Shown piece by piece: positions 58,577 through 64,000 of a stretch of DNA of 64,000 nucleotides. Made by a program: the position numbers and the translations under genes. The notes beneath the pieces are model-generated. The model ran no database searches. It had not been told where the DNA came from and saw only the letters and a program-made list of their open reading frames with translations. This stretch comes from Gemmatimonadota bacterium (GTDB taxonomy: Bacteria > Gemmatimonadota > Gemmatimonadetes > Palauibacterales > KS3-K002), in NCBI GenBank assembly GCA_039586795.1, contig JBDHJS010000017.1:32001-96000 (forward strand), in the 5' to 3' direction. Each line of letters starts with the position of its first letter. Positions within the stretch are counted from its first letter, which is position 1.

Positions 58577-60979
58577 ATGATTCAAGACATCCGTTACGCG
58601 ATACGCCAACTCGCCCGACATCCTGGATTTACAGCCATCGCTATTCTGACCCTGGCGATTGGGATCGGGGCGAATACGTCGATCTTCAGCGCTGCCCGAG
58701 CGACGCTGTACCAGCCGCTTCCCTTCGAGCATGAGGATCGGCTTGTTCGGGTCTATCTGACGCCGGAGGCCGGCGGCCCGCTCATCAGTCTGCGGCCGGA
58801 AGTGTTTCTCGCCGTTCGCGACCGGGCGAGCTTTTTCGATCGGATTGTGGCGCAGCGCTTCACCAGTTTTGTGTTGTCCACCGACGCCGGACCCGAGCGC
58901 GTTGTTGGGATCGCGGTGTCGGAGGGGTGGTCCGAGACGCTGGGGGTGAGACCGATCCTCGGCCGGCCGTTCTCTCCTGAAGAAGAAGTCGCCGGCGAGG
59001 ACGCGGGGGTCGCGTTGCTAAGTCACAGCGCCTGGCAGAATCGGTATGGCGGCACCGAGTCGGTCATCGGGCAGACGGTCGTTCTGGATGGTCGCGCGCG
59101 TACCGTGGTCGGTGTGATGCCGCCCGGGTTCACGTATCCGTACGAAGCCGAGCTGTGGGTTCCGATGCGCGTGCGGGCGGGCCAGGCCGGAGTCTGGTCG
59201 TTCAACGTTCCGGCGCGTCTCAAGCCGGGCTGGACGGTGGAGCAGGCGCGGGCCGATCTGGCCTCCGTAGCTCAAGCCGCGTCATCCGAGGTGGCCGACC
59301 TGGCGCCGGGCACGACTCTCACCGCGGTTCCGATCCGCGAGGTGTTGGTGGGCGGCGAAGGTCGAACGCTCATCGCGCTCTTGGCCGCCGTTGGATTCCT
59401 GCTGCTCATCGTCTGCGCGAACCTGGCCAACCTACTCCTGTCGCGAGCGCTGGGGCGGGGACGCGAGTTCGCCGTGCGCGCCGCGGTCGGCGCCGGTCGC
59501 ACACGTCTGCTACGCCAGGTGCTGGTGGAGAGCGTGATCCTGGCGATCCTCGGTGGAGCCGCGGGGCTGATCGTGGCGACGATCGGTTTCGGACTAGTCG
59601 AGCCGCTTCTACCGCGACGCCTGCTGACCTACGTGGGGACGACGCCCGGTTTCGATTGGGCCGTTCTGATCTTCGTAACATTGGTATCGACAGCCAGCGG
59701 AGTGATCTTCGGGCTGGCCCCGGCGCTGCGGCTTTCCCACGAGCGCCCATTCTCCGCCCTTTACACCGCCGGTCGCGCCATCGGTGGGACGGGCGTCCGC
59801 CGGCTCGAGCGCGCGCTGGTGGTAGGTGAGCTGGCGCTGGCGCTCACACTGCTCAGCGGGATCGGGCTGATGCTCCGTGATTTCCAGCAGCTGCACCAGG
59901 CCGACCTCGGTTACGATCCCGCGGGCCTGCTCACCTTTGGCATCACCATGAGCGCGGAGGAGTACCCTGACGTAGAAGCTCGCACGGCATTTATGACGAG
60001 CGCGACAGAGGAGCTCGCTCGCGTCCCCGGCGTCGCCGGCGTGGGCGCGACCACGATGTTTCCTTCATCCCGCGCCAACTCGGTGGCGGAAATCGTCATC
60101 GAGGGCCGTGAGTTGCGCCAGGGCGATGTGCCGCTGATCAACAGCCGGATGGTGACGCCGGGGTTCTTGCAGGCTGTTGGAATCCCGCTCCTCCAGGGTC
60201 GGGGTATCACGACCGCCGACCGAACAGACGCGCTCCCCGTGGTCGTGATCAGCGCGGGGTTGGCCAGACGCTATTTCCCGAACGAGGATCCCATCGGCCG
60301 GCGCGTGAGGAACGGACGCTCCGGAGAGGACGCGCCGTGGATGACGATCGTCGGCGTGGTGGGCGATGTTCGCGAGTTCTACGAGGTGGACGAGACCTGG
60401 TACACCCCGTACGCGCAAGGAGCGGGTTCGTTTCTGGGCGTGCGCGCGGTCTTCGCGGTGCGAAACGCCAGCCGCGTTTCGCCGGCTATCTCGTCGATGC
60501 GGGAAGCGATGGTCGCCGTCGACCGGAATCTTCCGATCTACAACGCTGTTACGGCCGAACAGCTGTACGCGGTTTCGTACAGCCGCCAGGGCCAGGCGGC
60601 GATGTTGGGCAGTATCTTCGCCGGTTTCGCACTCCTGCTCGCCAGTATCGGGATCTACGGCTCTATATCATATGGCGTTAGTCGTCGGACCCGGGAGTTC
60701 GGCGTTCGCATGGCGCTGGGCAGCGACCGCTCCATGATCCTACGCGGAGTAGCGGCCGAAGGCGGGAAGATGGTCCTCGCCGGAATGATCATCGGAGGAA
60801 TCGGAGCGCTGATCCTTGCACGCTTCTTGTCGAGCGCGCTCACCGAGATCGGAGCATTCGATGTCACGACCTTCGCCGTCTCATCGACCGTGCTGGCGAC
60901 CGCAGCGCTGGGCGCAGTCCTGATCCCAGCCATCCGCGCCACGAGAATCGACCCAGTAGAAGCTCTAAGGCACGAGTGA
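58577..60979 (+). CDS. ADOP-type duplicated MacB/FtsX ABC permease
   Basis: MIQDIRYAIRQL..PGFT..TLAIGIGANTSIFS, LLIVCANLANLLL, REFAVR, RRTREFGVRMALG, RATRIDPVEALRHE. Confidence 0.93.
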   Translation: MIQDIRYAIRQLARHPGFTAIAILTLAIGIGANTSIFSAARATLYQPLPFEHEDRLVRVYLTPEAGGPLISLRPEVFLAVRDRASFFDRIVAQRFTSFVLSTDAGPERVVGIAVSEGWSETLGVRPILGRPFSPEEEVAGEDAGVALLSHSAWQNRYGGTESVIGQTVVLDGRARTVVGVMPPGFTYPYEAELWVPMRVRAGQAGVWSFNVPARLKPGWTVEQARADLASVAQAASSEVADLAPGTTLTAVPIREVLVGGEGRTLIALLAAVGFLLLIVCANLANLLLSRALGRGREFAVRAAVGAGRTRLLRQVLVESVILAILGGAAGLIVATIGFGLVEPLLPRRLLTYVGTTPGFDWAVLIFVTLVSTASGVIFGLAPALRLSHERPFSALYTAGRAIGGTGVRRLERALVVGELALALTLLSGIGLMLRDFQQLHQADLGYDPAGLLTFGITMSAEEYPDVEARTAFMTSATEELARVPGVAGVGATTMFPSSRANSVAEIVIEGRELRQGDVPLINSRMVTPGFLQAVGIPLLQGRGITTADRTDALPVVVISAGLARRYFPNEDPIGRRVRNGRSGEDAPWMTIVGVVGDVREFYEVDETWYTPYAQGAGSFLGVRAVFAVRNASRVSPAISSMREAMVAVDRNLPIYNAVTAEQLYAVSYSRQGQAAMLGSIFAGFALLLASIGIYGSISYGVSRRTREFGVRMALGSDRSMILRGVAAEGGKMVLAGMIIGGIGALILARFLSSALTEIGAFDVTTFAVSSTVLATAALGAVLIPAIRATRIDPVEALRHE

Positions 60980-60989
60980 TATCTGACGG

Positions 60990-61012
60990 GGGCGACGACG
61001 GGGCGTTGACGT
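60990..61012 (+). repeat. 23-bp direct repeat, copy 2
   Basis: Identical to 58472-58494. Confidence 0.8.
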
Positions 61013-61078
61013 TGTCGACGACGGGAAGCTAGGCGAGCGGGTTCAACGGATCGTCATCGTGATGCTGGGGGTTCTCTT

Positions 61079-61564
61079 TCAGCTGTTGGGTTCGTAGTTG
61101 GCGAAATGAATGTGGGCGATGCGATAGCGGTCGTCGGTCCAGGTGTACACGATCGTCATCGGGCCGCGCTGGACGCTGTCCGGTGGCGCCGTTCGATCAC
61201 CGAACAGCCAGACCGCGGTGACGACGGCGGTCGAGCCGAAAACGCTGCTCTGCACATCCTCCACCCATAGCTGCTGCTCGGCCTCGGCACCGCCAGCGAC
61301 GAAGCCAAAGCCTTCGTGATGCTCGCGTACGGCAGCTGGTCCCTTAATGAGCCCCTCATACTCGGAAGAGAAATAGGTCACCCTCGAGTCATCTAGGAAC
61401 AACTCGTCAAGCCGGTCTAGATCACGCGTGTTCCACAATTCGACCCACGCCGCAATGTGGACGTTCGCGTCAAAGCTCTCCGGAACCTGTTCTCGATTGG
61501 GGGCGCTACATGATAGAGTGAGGAAGACGATCGGGAGAAAAGGAACAGCGGACCGCTGATGCAT
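61079..61564 (-). CDS. NTF2/SnoaL-like lipoprotein
   Basis: Lipobox TLSC; WN.RDLD, G.AAVREHH, TIVY....YRIAHIHF. Confidence 0.82.
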   Translation of the reverse strand: MHQRSAVPFLPIVFLTLSCSAPNREQVPESFDANVHIAAWVELWNTRDLDRLDELFLDDSRVTYFSSEYEGLIKGPAAVREHHEGFGFVAGGAEAEQQLWVEDVQSSVFGSTAVVTAVWLFGDRTAPPDSVQRGPMTIVYTWTDDRYRIAHIHFANYEPNS

Positions 61565-61572
61565 GAGGCCTC

Positions 61573-61935
61573 CTAGTCAGGCTCCTCGTAGAGTTCCAGC
61601 TCACGTGCCACGGTGACCAGCGGCCGATCTAGCGTCCACAAGCCGACGTTCGCCAGCCGGGCCGCGGCCAGGAGATGAGCGTCAATCCAACCGATCCCCG
61701 TCCCGGCCAGACGGTTGGATTCCACAAAGGCCATCACCTCATCGTGTCCCGCCAGTGGGGCGTGTGGCAAGGCCGACAGCAAACCCAAGATCTCGGACCG
61801 GTCTTCCAATCGACCGCATGCGAGCTCGCCGACAACGAACGGATGGCACCAGACCTCCCTCTCGCTCAACTGTCGGGCGAGGGATGCGTTGCCGCGACGA
61901 AAGTGGTCGATCCACACCGAGGTGTCGACCAGCAA
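61573..61935 (-). CDS. vapC: VapC PIN-domain toxin
   Basis: LVDTSVWIDHFR, HPFVVGELACG, GIGWIDAHLL, LWTLD. Confidence 0.93.
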   Translation of the reverse strand: MLVDTSVWIDHFRRGNASLARQLSEREVWCHPFVVGELACGRLEDRSEILGLLSALPHAPLAGHDEVMAFVESNRLAGTGIGWIDAHLLAAARLANVGLWTLDRPLVTVARELELYEEPD

Positions 61936-62136
61936 CTATCCTTCCTCACTCGGTCGCCGACGGCGAATCGGCTCGAGCTGACTCTGGCTCGCTCCGAGCG
62001 CCGCCAGGCGTCGGGCACTTTCCCGGGCGATCAAGGCTCGCAGACCCGCATGGATCACGGCCGTCTTCCCTGCCACGCCGCTCAACCGCTGGGCCTCCTT
62101 CAAGAGCTCGTCGTCTAGATTCAACGTCGTCCTCAT
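61936..62136 (-). CDS. vapB: VapB antitoxin
   Basis: MRTTLNLDDELL.EA.RL.G...KTAVIH.GL.ALI.RE; directly upstream of vapC. Confidence 0.93.
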   Translation of the reverse strand: MRTTLNLDDELLKEAQRLSGVAGKTAVIHAGLRALIARESARRLAALGASQSQLEPIRRRRPSEEG

Positions 62137-62162
62137 GCATATAAATATGCATTAATTATGCA
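62135..62162. promoter_or_regulatory. Palindromic vapBC operator candidate
   Basis: atgcatat-aa-atatgcat (62135-62152) plus overlapping tgcattaattatgca at the vapB start. Confidence 0.65.
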
Positions 62163-62606
62163 GATTCAGCCAGTCGGACCATCCTCTCTGACCACAGTCT
62201 GGTCACCGCTTCTCAATCGATCGTCAACCGACTGCCCTTCTCAGAGGACGCGCCGCACACAGCTCCCGCCCCTCAGCATGGAGTCGGATCGCCTTAGAGA
62301 CTATTAGGGCACTCCGGGGCCTGTTTCCGCGTTGTTCGTTTCGATCGTCGGACTTGACGTGGGCCAGAAATGCACGGCTCAACTGCGTCTCGAGGACGTC
62401 GGCGGATATCGGGCCTCAGCTCAGACTAAGCCAGCCTTGATGTTGAGGGCCGTCATCCGCATAGTATGCCGCGATCACCGAATCCAGACTAAAGAACTCT
62501 CAGGAAGTCGCCGACATCGAAGCGGGTCGGATACACTGACCTGCGAAGGAGATTGGCGTAGGGGACCAACGCCCAGAAGACAGGAACACCAAACAAGGAG
62601 GCAGTC

Positions 62607-63164
62607 ATGCAGTCCAATGCACACCGCGTCGGCGTTGCAGCGCTGACCGCGATTTTGGCCCTGAGCGTCGCACCATGGGCGGCCGCTCAAGAAGAGCAGC
62701 AACAGCAGCCTCAGACGCTGCCACCCAGCACCAATCCGACGAATCGGGTCATCTACCCGGCCGAGGGCCAGGACGAGCAGCAGCAGATGTCGGATCAGCT
62801 CGAGTGCTACCGCTGGGCCACGCAGCAGACGAACTGGGATCCCTATCAGGCCTATGACGTGCTGGTCCAGAAGGGGTACGTAGCGCAGCAGAGCGCCGAG
62901 CAAGCCCAGGGCGGCCTGATCAGAGGGGCGGCGGGAGGCGCGGTAGCGGGTGTCGCCATCGGAGCTATCGCCGGCGACGCCGGCAAGGGCGCGGCAATCG
63001 GCGCGGTCGCCGGCGGCCTGGCCGGCGGATCCCGGTCGCGACGGGCACAGCAACAGGCGCAGTCTGAAATGCAGGCAGAGATCGACGCGTTCAATGCCCA
63101 GTTGCAGAAGTGGGATCGTAACTACGTCGCCTGCATGCAGGCACGCGACTACGTCGTGAATTAG
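62607..63164 (+). CDS. Secreted glycine-zipper (YMGG-like) protein
   Basis: AAGGAGG RBS; signal peptide; IYPAEGQ..QQ..DQLECY.WA; GAAGGAVAGVAIGAIAGDAGKGAAIGA; ACMQARDY. Confidence 0.88.
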   Translation: MQSNAHRVGVAALTAILALSVAPWAAAQEEQQQQPQTLPPSTNPTNRVIYPAEGQDEQQQMSDQLECYRWATQQTNWDPYQAYDVLVQKGYVAQQSAEQAQGGLIRGAAGGAVAGVAIGAIAGDAGKGAAIGAVAGGLAGGSRSRRAQQQAQSEMQAEIDAFNAQLQKWDRNYVACMQARDYVVN

Positions 63165-63207
63165 ACGCTTCGTCACGAACGATTCGGCCCAACGTACGGA
63201 GGCATCG

Positions 63208-63636
63208 ATGTTAGGACTTATAGGAGTGATTGCCGCGGCGGCCCTCACGCCAGTCATCATGGCAGCCCCGGACCCCGGCAGCCAGGCGGACCAGTATGTC
63301 TGTTCGCTGACCAAGGGTATCGAGTGCGACGGCGACCTGAATTGCGGACCTCCCGCGCCACAACAACCCAAACCCACGTTCATCCACCTGGACCTCGACG
63401 ACAATCAAGTAACCCTTCTGGCGCCACCCGAGCGTAGAGGCGAAGTGACTCAGATCGGCGACATGAAGCGCGAAGACGGTCAATTGATCCTGAGCGGCAT
63501 CGAGGCCGGACGGGGCTGGAGCCTGAACATGTCCGAGTCGACGGGCAACATGTCGATCACCATCAACTTCGGTGACGCGGCCTGGATCGTTTTCGGCCAG
63601 TGTATCGCGGAGGACATGGCATCACCGCGGGGATAA
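63208..63636 (+). CDS. Secreted hypothetical protein with four Cys
   Basis: GGAGG RBS; signal peptide; beta-rich LILSGIE.GRGWSL..FGQC. Confidence 0.75.
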   Translation: MLGLIGVIAAAALTPVIMAAPDPGSQADQYVCSLTKGIECDGDLNCGPPAPQQPKPTFIHLDLDDNQVTLLAPPERRGEVTQIGDMKREDGQLILSGIEAGRGWSLNMSESTGNMSITINFGDAAWIVFGQCIAEDMASPRG

Positions 63637-63772
63637 TCACAACAGAAGGTCGATACACCGGTTGACGCAGGCTCGCCACTATGATCACGGTGGTGAGCCG
63701 CAGTCGCTTGGCAGCCGATAGCCTCACAGCTAGGCGCCCAGCGACGAGAACACGAACGGAGTTGTAACAACC

Positions 63773-64000
63773 ATGAGTCGAGAGACAGCCGGAAGTATCT
63801 CGCGTCGAGCGTTCGTGAAGGCCACCTCTCTGGCCGGCGCCGCCGTAGCCGGCGCGACCTCGCTGAGCGCAGTGGGGTGCGCGTCCGACGACCAGAGGTC
63901 CGGCAGCGACGGGCGACTGTCCATCCGGATCGCGGGATACCCTTACGACCGTGTTCAGTCACTGGTGGCCGGCGACGTGAGTGTGGAAGGCGCCGATGTT
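63773..64000 (+). CDS. Tat-exported lipoprotein, substrate-binding / 4,5-dihydroxyphthalate-decarboxylase-like fold, partial
   Basis: Manual translation MSRETAGSISRRAFVK..LSAVGC..LSIRIAGYPYDRVQSLVAGDVSVEGADV; SRRAFVK twin-Arg motif; runs off the window. Confidence 0.7.
   Translation, partial: MSRETAGSISRRAFVKATSLAGAAVAGATSLSAVGCASDDQRSGSDGRLSIRIAGYPYDRVQSLVAGDVSVEGADV

Noticed and set aside
62470..62600. Possible glycine riboswitch (ctctcagg, gaaggag fragments)
   Set aside because: Fragments are not in the aptamer order, stems could not be built, and the downstream gene is unrelated
62475..63404. 309-aa minus-strand ORF
   Set aside because: Antisense to two genes with clear RBS and signal peptides

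Overview
GC-rich bacterial chromosomal segment; the gene content (TPR-bearing Ser/Thr kinase, BTAD-AAA regulator, ADOP permease, BlaI/M56 pair, bacilliredoxin) suggests Gemmatimonadota or a relative, which is an inference. It holds about 55 protein-coding genes, a tRNA-Lys(CTT) and a TPP riboswitch ahead of thiC. No CRISPR array, transposase or integrase is visible. Main blocks: (1) a 1590-aa acyl-CoA ligase / kinase-like / GNAT fusion just upstream of a eukaryote-type citrate synthase; (2) signalling genes (degenerate HD-GYP regulator, Ser/Thr kinase plus BTAD-AAA); (3) a lipid-carrier glycosylation cluster; (4) a polyphosphate cluster (ppx-sixA-CHAD facing ppk1); (5) an SPFH gene plus three related zinc-ribbon genes; (6) blaI-M56 with a visible double operator; (7) a roughly 10 kb outer-membrane cluster led by an Omp85 barrel with a kinase-like passenger, with two lipoprotein phosphoesterases; (8) an accessory tail (GGDEF, XRE operon, repeat-flanked ADOP permease, vapBC). 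The best candidates for an undescribed system are blocks 1, 7 and 5. All calls come from reading motifs by eye; no database searches were run.
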